Assembly (NCBI RefSeq): GCF_009834535.1
Contig: NC_045696.1
Span: forward strand, 92,754,001 to 92,818,000
Direction of reading: 5' to 3'
DNA from: Camelus ferus
Taxonomy: Eukaryota
DNA length: 64,000 nucleotides
A model generated the notes under the pieces. It saw only the letters and a list, made by a program, of their open reading frames with translations. It made no database searches and was not told the DNA's origin. How positions within the stretch are numbered: the first letter of the stretch is position 1; each line of letters begins with the position of its first letter. The position numbers were made by a program, and so were the translations under genes. This document shows, one piece after another, positions 50,226 to 62,502 of the stretch.

Positions 50226-53089
50226 GCTCTTACAGAACCACAGGGCTTGGGTGTGAGTCCTCAGCAGTGAGGGATCAGTCCTTTTTCTTCAGGAAACAGG
50301 TGGGAGAGGAATGAGTTACAGGGAAGGGAATAACTCCCACCAACCAGCACATTTAGAGGATGGAGGCTTGTATGTGCGGGGCAGCTAATGGCAAAGACCT
50401 CAGACGTCCCAATGCTCAGATTCCTGACTAGGATTCTTGAAGGCAACAAATGCCCAGGTAATTTTCTATGTAGAATGGGCTTTAAAACGTGAGCCTCTAG
50501 AAGACAGCTTTCCTAGAAGATCAGGTTAAGGATATAAGCAACACCCTGGTCCACAGTGATGCATGGCATAGCAGCACTAGGAAGGACTTGAGATGCCACC
50601 TGGTTGGGGAATTCTGACCAGAACCTGTAGTCGGGCTTCAGGACATTGTGAAATCTCAAAAACATAATTCCAAACACTATGTGTACATGCATATACTTTG
50701 GGCATCCCCCTCTTATGAACAAAGTCCTCAGCTTTCATCATATTTCAAAGTAATCTGTTACTTCTTGCCCCTTCTGAACCATATAAACCTCTGACTAAAG
50801 CCACTCTCCTTTAATAGATGAGAAGGCATATTCATATTCATACCAACCAGCTAGTAGCAGGGTTAATTCTAAAAGCCAACATTCTGCCATTCCTACTCAA
50901 CTGGCCTTTATGATCTGAGCTGAGTATTATGAAAGGTTAAGTGGATTTTCTGTGGAATAAAGCTCAAATCTCTGCATTTTCTGATTATTGGAAATGGTTA
51001 CAGCTTTATTGTATTGGAATATTGTGACAAAAAAGCAGTTTTACAAGAAAATATAGCAAAGCCTCTGCGTGTTGGCCAGGTGAGTGCCAAGTGTTCATTG
51101 CAGAGCTGCCGGAGGGCTGGGGATCCTGAGTGTCACCCTGGTTTCTCCATCACCGAGGGCAGCGGGGCTCTGTAAGACAGGGCTCTCCCCACCTGGTGGC
51201 ACCCAAATGACTTTTTTGTGTCTTCATGGCCAATAAATGGTTATTAACTCTCCATGGGGAACCAGGTGCTGAACTTGACAAATAGATTAACGTAATCTAT
51301 GTAGCATTTAGATCAAATGATGATTTCACTATCTGGTAACTTACTGTCTGGTAAGGTGTTGACTCCATGATTCCAAAGGACACTTAGAACATTTGTCATT
51401 TCTCAGGGTGAAACTTTTAAAGCTGCTGCTCTGCAAAATCACAGATGAATAGCCTTTAGCTGTGGAAGTTAACTCTTTAAAGCGGTCCCTCTTTGCGTCT
51501 ACCGAGAAATAGTAAGAGTGTCTAGATCTTTGTGAATTATGTCAGTGGCAGGAGAATAGTGGTTTTTCAAGGACAAATACTCAATCTCAGTGTCTCAACT
51601 CGCAGCCTGTGATTAAGACCGTCTTTCATAGATGTGTGCACCTGTTTTAGCTCCCGAGAACCCGTCTGGAAAATAATACTCTCATTTGCCTCTTGCTTTG
51701 ATCCTTTTGATAGTTTTTGATCCCCTTTCCCTTACCATTTCTCCTAAATTATGTAAATCTGTGTTGATGTGTCCTATCTGGCAACTGTAGGTACCATGTT
51801 TCTGATACCAGTAATACAAGATTTTTTTCTTGGCTAGATAATAAGTTTTGCATAAATCACAGTCCTAAATTATTTCTAAATTAGATTAACTTATATAAGA
51901 TGCTAAAATGTTACTGGTTTCCTATTTGATCATCTTTAGTATTCAAGAAGGAGCAATTCTTTCCTCTTTTCTCCAAGGTCTTTAACAAAATTAGCCTTTG
52001 TAACCATCTTTGTGCTAGCGGACTGTGAAGGAGGGGGGCTGATGAAGCAGAAAATTAAAATATATTTGATGTTATAATTTTAATACTAATCATTAATCTG
52101 TACTTCAAAGTTATTTCTCTCATTGATAAATTTATTGCTTTTGAAAAAGTGTTTCTACCTTTATCATGTTTTTTTCTAGCTACAGAGCTCTGTTAAATTT
52201 TCAGAATTCTTGCTATTTGTATAACTTGCCAAGGAACGAGAATTTTGGCAACTAAAATCAACCTGATTTTTGGCAGGAGGCTTAATTATATCTGCTCTGA
52301 AGCATTTTACTGCCTGTGTGTACAGATTTTTTTTTTCTAAGTTAAGAAACATAGGGCATCTCGAATATATTTTCACCTTTGAGAGAGGATGCATTTGCTT
52401 ATGAGTACTTTAGAGAGAGGTTATCCTATAATGATCACTCTTATTTTTGAAGTAAAAAGCCTCAGTTTTTGCACAGAATTTTCGGGGCTGGAAAAGACCT
52501 CAAGGACCTTGAGAAATTATTTAATGTGAGATTCCTTCTACAATGGAAGCTGTAGAGAACAGGGAACATGACTTAAGGGCCTGGCATTTGGGAGATGTCC
52601 CGTGAGTACTTGGTGGATGAATTAGTAACGCCTACATTTTATCAGTGAGGACTCTGAGATCTGGAAAGGGTAACTGGTGGGCCCCAGCAGGGTCTAACCA
52701 AACTCCTAGTAAGTGGTGAGGACCAAGGCCTTGGGCAGCGTAGTGCAATGTGTGGTTGTATCGTGTCACACCGTGTGTCCATGTTCACAAGATTACTTGG
52801 TCTCATTCTAAACAGAGGCAGCTCGCTGACTGCCAAGCACTGGTGTGACGATCAGTCATTTGTCCCTGCTCCGGGTCCTTATTCCCTGCGCCAGTTTGAA
52901 CACGGGATGCTGCTCCCTTTTCTCCTTCCTGCCTTAAATATGTCTTGACCTCGGTTCTGTGCTGGGGATTTAGCAGTTAACAAAGTAGAAATGGCCCCTG
53001 TCTAAACAGGGCATACAATCTTGCCTATATTTGCTATTATCTTCTTGTTTCCTCTTTTCGCCCCTGCAGCTTACATGGAAACTTTAGGT

Positions 53090-53405
53090 TAGCTTTTCCT
53101 TTGGAAATAGTTTTATCCTCGTAGGAAAGTTGCAAGACCAAGAGTGCAACAGAGAACCACCGTACGTCCTTTACCCAGATTTACTTACCTTAACTTTACC
53201 CGATTGGCCTCATCATTGTATATTTGCTCATCCTCTCTCTCTCCACCCCCCACACTTATTTTTTCTGAATAATTTGAGAATAAGTTGCGTACCTCATAGC
53301 TCTTTGCCCCTAAACACCTCAGTGTGAATTTCCTGGAAATAGGGACATTCTCTTATATAAGCAGGGTATGGTTATCAACCTAAGTAAATTTAACGTTGGT
53401 AAGGC
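53090..53405 (-). mobile_element. L1MC4/5-like 3' end fragment
   Basis: gaaagttgcaaga...cctttacccagatt...tttgagaataagttgc...cccctaaacacctcagtgtgaatttcct...gggacattctcttatataa. Confidence 0.7.
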
Positions 53406-53699
53406 CCTTTAATTTTCTTTTGAGGTTCTTTATTTTTGAAAGGAATTTTTTTTTTTTTCTCAACTGATATCTACAGGGAAACAGACCTGGGAGAAAGAGA
53501 GTAGCAAAGATGGAGAAAATGTTACAGCATTATACAATCTGCCATGTTCTTAGGGTGAGGGCCAGCTTCTCATGTGTGTGATCTGTACCTTAGAAGGCCC
53601 TCTGGAAATTATTTTTTTGGGAGGAAAAAGCCCCGTATTTTCATTTCATGCTGGTCCTGCTTAGAGTCCTGTACTAGGCTAGGAACTTCTGCATCTGTC

Positions 53700-53810
53700 A
53701 CTGTAGGTACTGCTGGAGATGGGAAAACTGAGGCTTAGGGACTTAAAATACATTGGCTCAGATTGCGGAGCCAGGATTTGAACTCAGGTCTTTTTGATCC
53801 CATATCCAAT
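53700..53810 (-). mobile_element. MIR fragment
   Basis: gatgggaaaactgaggcttaggga...ggagccaggatttgaactcaggtctt. Confidence 0.7.
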
Positions 53811-56800
53811 GGCTGTCATGCGCCTTCAACTGCCCCATACCTGCAACTCTCCCCGCACTGCGCTTAATTATTTCTGGGTTTGGGCTTGGCCTGACCTTCC
53901 TGTTTTTCTCCTAAGGGACTCTGCCCTCCTTTTAGTACCATGACTCACTCTCTTTGATTTTAAATTCCTGGGGTAAAGTGTTAACTAGAAGGCTATTTGG
54001 GAAACTTAAGTAAGTGGATAATTTTGGTCTCAAGGGAACTGCCTCTGAATAGTTCCTATATTAATCTTCTTCCATATTTATAGAGAGCAGGCTGCCTGTG
54101 GTCATTCCTTCATTCACACTTACTATGTTTCATGATTCCAGCAACTGGTTTTCCTCACACTCCCCTCTCTTGGAGTCCTTCTGCCATTCTTTGGGGTCTA
54201 GGTTTTGCTTTACTCCCAGTGTCGGCCTGGGAATCGGAGGACTATCTGGACCCTTAGGGCCCGTGCTTGGGTGGGTCTTTCTGCTCAGACCGTCTCGGTG
54301 CTCACTACTGGCCCGGTCATTCCAGGCCCCGGGGGTGCATCAGTGAACAAGGCATTCACCATTTCTACTCTCAGGGAGCTTACATTCTGGTCCTCATGGT
54401 GCCATGTCCCCTCTACCTGTTAGCATGGCCATTAGGCAGAAAAAAATGAATGAGGCAGGATTGCTGTTGAGAAAAATAAGATACGGAGAAAGACTAAAGA
54501 AGTAAAACTATCCAACTTGGGGAAGAGAGATTGCAAAATATTAACACGTGTTAAAAAAATGCACTGTTGAAGTTGTGGAGAACACTTTCTGTTTCATCAG
54601 GAAGAGAAAGCAGTCGGTTTTTCATTTCTGTGGAGTAATCTGGGTGGGAATTTAGACTGTGGGGATGATACGGTGTGCTGTGACGTGACGAGAACTGTTA
54701 CTGGAGGAGTTGGTACCCTCTCGTCCTGGTTTTCTTTCAGAAAGAGGGGGGATGGCTCTCTCCCTGGTCATGTAAGTTCATCCTTTCCCTGGAGGCCATG
54801 CTGTGTTATTTAAACGTCCACCTGAGACAGGCCAGGCTGAGTTTCCAGAGGAGGGCATCTCTTCTCCTGCCTGCCAGGGGGTTTACAGTCCATCTCACCC
54901 TCCCTGCTTCCTGTTCTTGGGAGAGTCTCTGGTCAGCTGTGCAGAGGCCAGCAGCCTTGAAGCCGGCTGGGGCTGGGGTGACCTCGCTGTGCCAAAGGAG
55001 CCTTGGAATCTCGCCCTTCCTTAGCCAAGCCTTGGCCTGGGCTGGCCTGTGAGAAACTTGACAGGGATGTGGCTGCAGGCTCCGTGTTCTGGGGATCTGA
55101 ATTGCTCTCAATCCTTGTACTCAGGAGAGCTTTGTTTAGAAGGAGGTCACTTCATAATCTAGAATCTCCTCCGCTTCTCCCCTCCCCTCTCTCCTCATGG
55201 TTATCTCTCTGTTTGCTGTCCTCATGGGACCAGTCTGTATATGTGATGTTTGGGGCTCAGTCTCACCAGATAAGGGGGTCTGCATTATGATGACCATGTG
55301 TGCCTCCTCCCACTTGGATGCATACACTGTAATCCCTCTAAACCAGGCCAGGCAGGTTATATCATTTATCTTTTATTAGACCCAGAGATGTCAGATTAAA
55401 GCATGGTAAAACTTCCTCTATTAAAATACTAGATACGCACAAACATGGTTATTATGTAAGAAAACAGCCCTCCTTTAACTGGAGAGTTCAGGCTGTTAGG
55501 GTTTCTTCCAGACTTGTACACTACAGCTGTCCAGCTCCTCCTCCCAGGGGAGAAGTAAAGGGGCTTCTCTGTTCAAGGGTACAAGTGCCTCCCGAGTGCT
55601 GTGGGGGAGTTTGAATATGTCACTACTGAAGTCTTGAGAATTTAATGAAAGCTTCAGCCCTCAGGGTAGATACTTGTTTTAATATACGTCATTGTCAACA
55701 ACCATTCACAGTTCCCGTGTGCCTACCTGTCTCTGGTTAATTCCCCTCTGTTAATGTTGTAATTAACACTGATCAGAACTGATGGTAGCTATCCAAACAG
55801 TTGATGCTGATTTATAAAATCTGGGTAACTTTATTTATATAATCTGGACATGAGTTCATGAAATCCAAATGTCAGTTGGAATTTCACATCTCCCGAGCCT
55901 CTACCAAAAGCAGTTCAAGTGCTGTACGCGATTGCTGGCTGCCAGCTCTTGGGTTTCTTACAGGGCCTGTGAATAAAATCTTGCCCATGAGATCCCAGTT
56001 GTTTTCATGGATAACTCAAGCTGAAATCAGGCTCTGAGCCTACCACGGATTTTATTTTGAATTATATTGATATCGGCATCAAACTGACACTGATGGTGCC
56101 TGTAAATTTTTATGCTAACCTATAAAACTTAAAGTGATGTGACAGATAGTCAAGCCTTTCAAAAAAAAATGAGAATTTTATTTCAAAGCCAAGAATCTTG
56201 AAGGGGAGATCAATAAATCATCAAGGAGGCATCATTTCGAAGAATCAGTTGGGCTAAAGGGCAGCTCATCTCTTTCCTGTGGAACATAACAACGTTAAAT
56301 ACGGGTAATCCTCAGTTTGTCTTGGAATGCGGACGTTTAACAATGCCTAACAGTTACTGCCACTGATACGTCAGCTTCTTAAAGTAGGGGAAGTCCGAGC
56401 TGGTTTATTTGGCAAGCGTGTGTGATCTATGAAACGTGTTCTGTACCGTTAGGATGTATAGTTTTTCTCTTCAGTGATGAGTAAACAGTCATGTTAAGCC
56501 CGCCATCTAAATAAAACCCTTGTTTCTGCGATTCTCATTTGGGTGGGCAGACACTGGATGGAAACCTCCAGGTCTTCCTCTGCTCTCAGTTGAAGTTTTT
56601 GTTGTCTACAGGGTTTGCGATTGAAATTTTTGGTTATACTCTGTTGCCTAGCGATTAATTATTAATCGTTAATAATACGTTAAGCACAAATGCATGGTAT
56701 GCAGGAAGAATACGAGATTATCGTTATTACTGCTGTTGAGCATATAGGTAATTTGCATGCACCTTTGTCCCTGCGTGCCTTGACTTTTCCTTTGAAAATA

Positions 56801-57739
56801 ACTCATGGTAGTGTTTCACTTTGTTCCATGGGACTTGATGCAAAAGTTGCAGGTTTTTTTTTTAAGCATAGTCCTGGCAGGGGTTTCTGAGCCTGACATA
56901 ATGGCGATTTCCTCAAATGCACTGGTGATGAATAGGCTGCAGACGTGTACTGTGCTGGTCTGTTAGAATTGATGTATGAACTCGACTCTTTTTAATCCAT
57001 TTAACTCCAAATTTGCAGTGACTGCAGCAGCTTTAATCTAGTGAGTTGAGTCCATTGTAAATATAAACTGAGAAGGGATTTTCAGTGCTGCCTTGTAGAT
57101 TAATAGACACTCAGAGGCTAAAGTCTCTACCCTTTAGTTAGCTACTTTTTTTTTTTTAAGTCTCTATAAATTCACATAGGCCAAGTAATTTAGAATGGTG
57201 CTGACTCTCCTTCATAGCCAGATGTGGCTCAGGACAGCTAGTTGAGAACAGTTGGTCCTGAAAGTTCACGGGAGTTTGATGGACTGGGGCCCAGTGTCTC
57301 TAAAATGACGTGGAATGGCTCTGGGCTAAGCAGGGGCCCTGAGACAGGACAATGCTGCAGTGGTCCGTACTCTCTGTTTAATGGCAGCCAATGTGCTTGC
57401 GCATACTGGGAGCATCTCCTTGATGCATCCACTTGGGAGTGTCCCTCATCTAGCTCTTCAGCTTTGTATGTACGTGTCGGATTCTTGTTGGAGTTACATG
57501 TGTTTGTAGTTACGTTGGTGATTTTTCTGTATGACTTACTTTGGGGATATTGGGTTTCCTCTGTAGTTGAGTGAACAGTGAAATTTCCTAAAACGAATTA
57601 AGCTTCAGTAACTATTTATTGATCCATGAGGCTTTCAGATGAAACAACAGATAGCAGAGTGTAAGTGACATGCTCAAGATGTCTGTGCTAACTTACCTGG
57701 TGGAGAGTATTGGCCCTGGGGACAGACCATGGGCATTCC

Positions 57740-57925
57740 AAGCCTATGTCAATCGCTTATTTTTTGTCCCAGCTCAGGGAAGGTTACTCATTTGATCTTT
57801 GCCTCGGTTTCCACATCTGAAGCTAGAGAAAGGATTATACCAAATTCACTCACGGGGCTTTGAAAGAATTAAATAAGGTATATACAGTGCTAGTGTCTGA
57901 AACATAGTGCTCCAGAAATGTTAGT
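57740..57925 (+). mobile_element. MIR fragment
   Basis: ggaaggttactc...ctttgcctcggtttccacatctgaa...aagaattaaataagg...tagtgctccagaaatgttag. Confidence 0.6.
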
Positions 57926-58694
57926 GATCCTTCAAGTTCTCCATCGTTTAAACACACCAGTGGGAAGGGATTATCTAGTCTCTAGCTGAGTGTTACCAAA
58001 CTGGCTACACTTTAAAAAATGTTGTTTTCTTCTGACTGAAAGAAAGAAATGCTGGTTCTAAAAAATTAAAATGTAGTTAAATTTCAGAAGAAAATAAGAA
58101 CATCTGGAGACCCCATTATTAATCTTTTCCACATTTTTCTAGTCCTTTATTCTGTGTTTCTATATGCATATATTTTACCTGATTAAACTCAAATGGTGTA
58201 TTTAATTTGGATCCTTTTTTGACATCGATTGTCAAACATTCTCTAGGTAATTCTCTAGTATCTTTAAAAACGTTGTTACATAAAGGGACCATAGTTCAAC
58301 ATAATAAAGGCCATATAAGACCAACTCACAGCTAACATTGTACTCAATGGTGAAAAGCTGAAAGCATTTCCTCTAAGATCAAGAAGAAGGTAAGAATGTC
58401 CACTCTTGGACTTTTATTCAACATAATATTGGAAGTTCTAGCCACAGCAGTCAGAAGAGAAAAAGAAAAGGAATCTAGATTGGAAAGGAGAAAGTGAAAC
58501 TGTCATTGTTTGCAGGTGATATAGTACTATACATAGAAAATCCTTAAAGACGCTATCTGAAAACTACTAGAGCTCATCAGTGAATTCAGTTAAGTTGCAG
58601 GATACAAATTAATATACAGAAATCTGTTGTATTTCTATACCCTAACAACAAAATATCAGAAAGAGAAATTAAGAAAGCAATCCCATTTACTATT

Positions 58695-58846
58695 TTAAAA
58701 AATTTATTTATATTATTTTTAGGGGTTTTTTTGGGGGGGGGTGGTAATTAGGTTGGTTTATTTTTAATGAAGGTACTGAGGATTGAACCCAGGACCTCAT
58801 GCATGCTAAGCACACACTCTACCACTGAGCTATATGCACCCCCCCT
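58695..58846 (-). mobile_element. Vic-1-type camelid SINE nested in L1 ORF2
   Basis: gaggattgaacccaggacctcatgcatgctaagcacacactctaccactgagctata. TSD ccatttactatt (58683-58694) / ccatttaatatt (58847-58858). Confidence 0.9.
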
Positions 58847-59749
58847 CCATTTAATATTGTATCAAAAAGAATAAAATACCTAAAAATAAACCTACCTAAG
58901 GAGGCAAAAGATCTGTACTTGGAAAACTACAAGATGCTGATGAAAGAAACTGAAGATCATACAGATGGAAAGATACACTGTGTTCTTGGATTGGAAGAAT
59001 CAGTATTGTTAAAATGACCATACTACCCAAGGCAACCTACAGATATAATGCAATCCCTATTAAATTACCAATGGAATTTTTTTACAGAACTAGAACAAAA
59101 AATTTTAAATTTTGTATGGAAACACAAAAGACCTCAAATAGCAAAAATAATCTTGAGAAAGAAGAATGGAGCTGGAGGAATCATAAGCCCTGATTTCAGA
59201 CTACACTACAGAGATACAGTAATCAAAACAGTATGGTACTGGCACAAAACAGACACATTGATCAATGGAACAGGATAGAAAACCTAGAAATCAACCCATT
59301 CACTCATGGTCAATTAATCTATGACAAAGGAGGCAAGAATAAACAATGGGGAGAAGATAAGTGGTGCTGGGAAAATTGGACAGTTACATTAAAAGAATGA
59401 AATTAGCATGTTCTCTAACACTACATACAAAAATAAACTCAAAATAGCATAAAGACCTAAAAGCAAGATTGGATACTATAAAACTCCTAGAAGAAAACAT
59501 AGGCAGAACACTCTTTGACATAGATTGCAGCAATATTTTTTTGGATCTATCTCCTAGAGTAACAGAAACAGAAGCAAAAATAAACAAATGGGATCTAATT
59601 AAACTTAAAATCTTCTGTACAGCTAAGGAATCCATAAACAAAATGAAAAGACAACATACAGAATAGGAGAAAATATTTGCAAATGATGTGATTGACGGGA
59701 GCTTAATTTCCAAAATATATAAACAGCGTATACAGCACATGCTTGCGTG

Positions 59750-59873
<124 letters not shown>

Positions 59874-62102
59874 AAATAAAACAACCCAATCAAAAATGGG
59901 CAGAAGATCTAAATAGACATTTCTCCAAAGAAGACATACAGATGGCCAACAGGCACATGAAAAGATGTTCAACATTGCTAATTATTAGAGAAATGCAAAT
60001 CAAAACTACAATAAAGTACCACCTTACCAGTCAGAATGGCCATCATCAAAAAGTCTACAAATAATGAATGCTAGAGAGGGTGTGGAGAAAGGGGAACCCT
60101 TCTACACTGTTGGTGGCAATGTAAATTGGTGCAGCCACTATGGAGGACAGTATGGAGTTTCCTTAGAAAACTAAAAATACCGTATGATCCAGCAATCCCA
60201 TTCCTGGGCATATATCTGAAGAAAACTCTAATTTGAAAAGATACATGCACTCCAATATTCATAGCAGCACTGTTTACAATAGCCAAGAAGTGGAACCAAC
60301 CTAAATGTCCATTAACAGATGAATGGATAAAAAAAGATGTGGTGTGTGTGTATGTGTGTATATATACATTTATATGTGTGCGTGTACACACACACACAGT
60401 GGAATATTACTCAGCCATAAAAATAATGAAATAATGCCATTTGCAGCAATATGGATGGACCTAGAGATTATCATACTAAGTGAAGTAAGTCAGACAGAGA
60501 AAGACAAATATCTTATATCACTTATATGTGGAATCTTAAAAAATGATACAAATGAACTTATTTACAAAGTAGAGACTCACAGACAACAAATTTATAGTTA
60601 CCAAAGGGGAATGGGGTGGGGGAGGGATTTGGGATTAATCAGATATATTCTACTATATATAAAATAGATAAACAACAAGGACCTACTGTATAGCACAGGG
60701 AATAGTGTTCAATATTTTGTAATAACCTATAATGGAAAAGAATCTGAAAAAAATATATATATATAACTGAATCACTATGCTGTATACCTGAAACATTGTA
60801 AATCAAGTATACTTCAACAAAAAAATAAATGCAGCAACAACAACAACAAAACACTGTTAATGGATAGATAACACTGCAAAGCATGAATACATATTTTATT
60901 TAATCATTTCCTTTTTGACAGGCATTTAGGTTCAGTCATTGGTTGTTACAACTAATACTAAGGATATATCCATGTACATAGATTTTTATATTTCTGATGA
61001 TCACTTTGATAGCTTTCTAGCTGTAATGATAATTGACTAAAATAAATATGAATATTTTTACATATCTTGCATCTTGCTTGATGACATATCATTAAATTAG
61101 TTACAATTCATGCTCTCAATTTACAATTCATCAGCTGTGTGTGAAAGTTCCTGTGAATTCCACCTCTGACTGAGTTATCTGGGGGCTTTGAGCAGAGGGC
61201 TGGGGGCAGGGCCTGTGGAAGGGCGTGGCTGGGCACCGCCCGGAGGCTCTTACACTGTGAAGTTTCTGCTGCTCTCCTCTAGCTGTTGTCCTACTCTGTA
61301 TCTGTGACAAAAATTGTGAAAACGCTTTAAAAATTGAATGGGTAATTGGGGATTATTTTAGATTTCACGGACTATTTTTCTTATTCAGCATCTCTGTGTT
61401 CCTATGCCAGAAGCCCTAACAGCTTGTGGCACTGTGTGGGCATATTCTCTAACTGGGAAAAGCTGGGAATTGTGAAGTTCGGTCTGAACTCTTGCAGATG
61501 GTTCCTGTGACCCGAGGTGCATGGAGCCGGTGGGAAGAGCCTGGATTTGGAGTTGGCTTGGGTTTGAAGCTTTGTTCTAACAAACTTGTCCAACTTGAAT
61601 ATGTTTTCTTACCTTTAAGATATGAGTCCTAATATACCTCCTTGAGGAAGTTTCATGAAAGTTTAGAGAAAGGAACGTTTGTGTGGTGGTCTTTGGTAAA
61701 CGGTACCTTTTATAATCATTGATTCATGAAGTGACGTGGCTCCCATTTGGCTGGTAGCTTTTCTAGTTGGACTTCGCAGTCCCGGGGCAGATACATGTCA
61801 TGCTTTTACCCTGAGTTGGTCTTGATTCAGAGTCACGTGACTAGTGAGCCTGTGGTGTGGGGAGAGTATAGAGTAGAACCTCTTCAGCGTGAGACTTGAT
61901 TAAGTGAAGTTATAGCAAACCAATGATTGGATGGCCTTTCACTTAACTCCTAGCCACTGAAGATTGATTTGTGCAGGTCCTGGGAGTTGGCCCTTGGCCC
62001 ATCCCAGCTCATTTACTCTACAGAGTACCTGTGATGTGGGTGGGTACAATAGGCTTCAGAAGAAGATATTTAGGCTCAGAGGCTTAGAGAGGCCCCCTCA
62101 GT

Positions 62103-62225
62103 TGGGCTGTTAGATGCTAACAAATAAAAATTCAGGAAATACTGTGTGGGACACATGTATCCAAAAAAAAAAAAAAAAAATCACTCATGGTTTATCTGAA
62201 ATTTAAATTTAACTGGGTGCCCTGC
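62103..62225. mobile_element. MER53-like hAT MITE remnant
   Basis: agatgctaacaaataaaaattcagga...gtttatctgaaatttaaatttaactgggtgccctg. Confidence 0.55.
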
Positions 62226-62502
62226 CTGTAACCTTCCCAGGATCACAGTGAGTAGAGGAGAAAGCTGGCGCTTGGACTTCCCTCCTTTCACTTCGGAGCC
62301 CAGGCTTTCACTTGTTACTCTGTGCTGTTTAAGAAATCAGAGGAACCCAGGTGTGAAAAGGACGAGGAAAGTGCTGTCACATAGGCCGTGAAGTCCATCA
62401 CTCATTGTAAACTTAGAAGCTGAACTCAGAGACACTTTTCTGTCTCACCTGATTTGTGAAAGATAACTCCATATTAGGTCTAATGTTTAAAAATGGAGAA
62501 AA

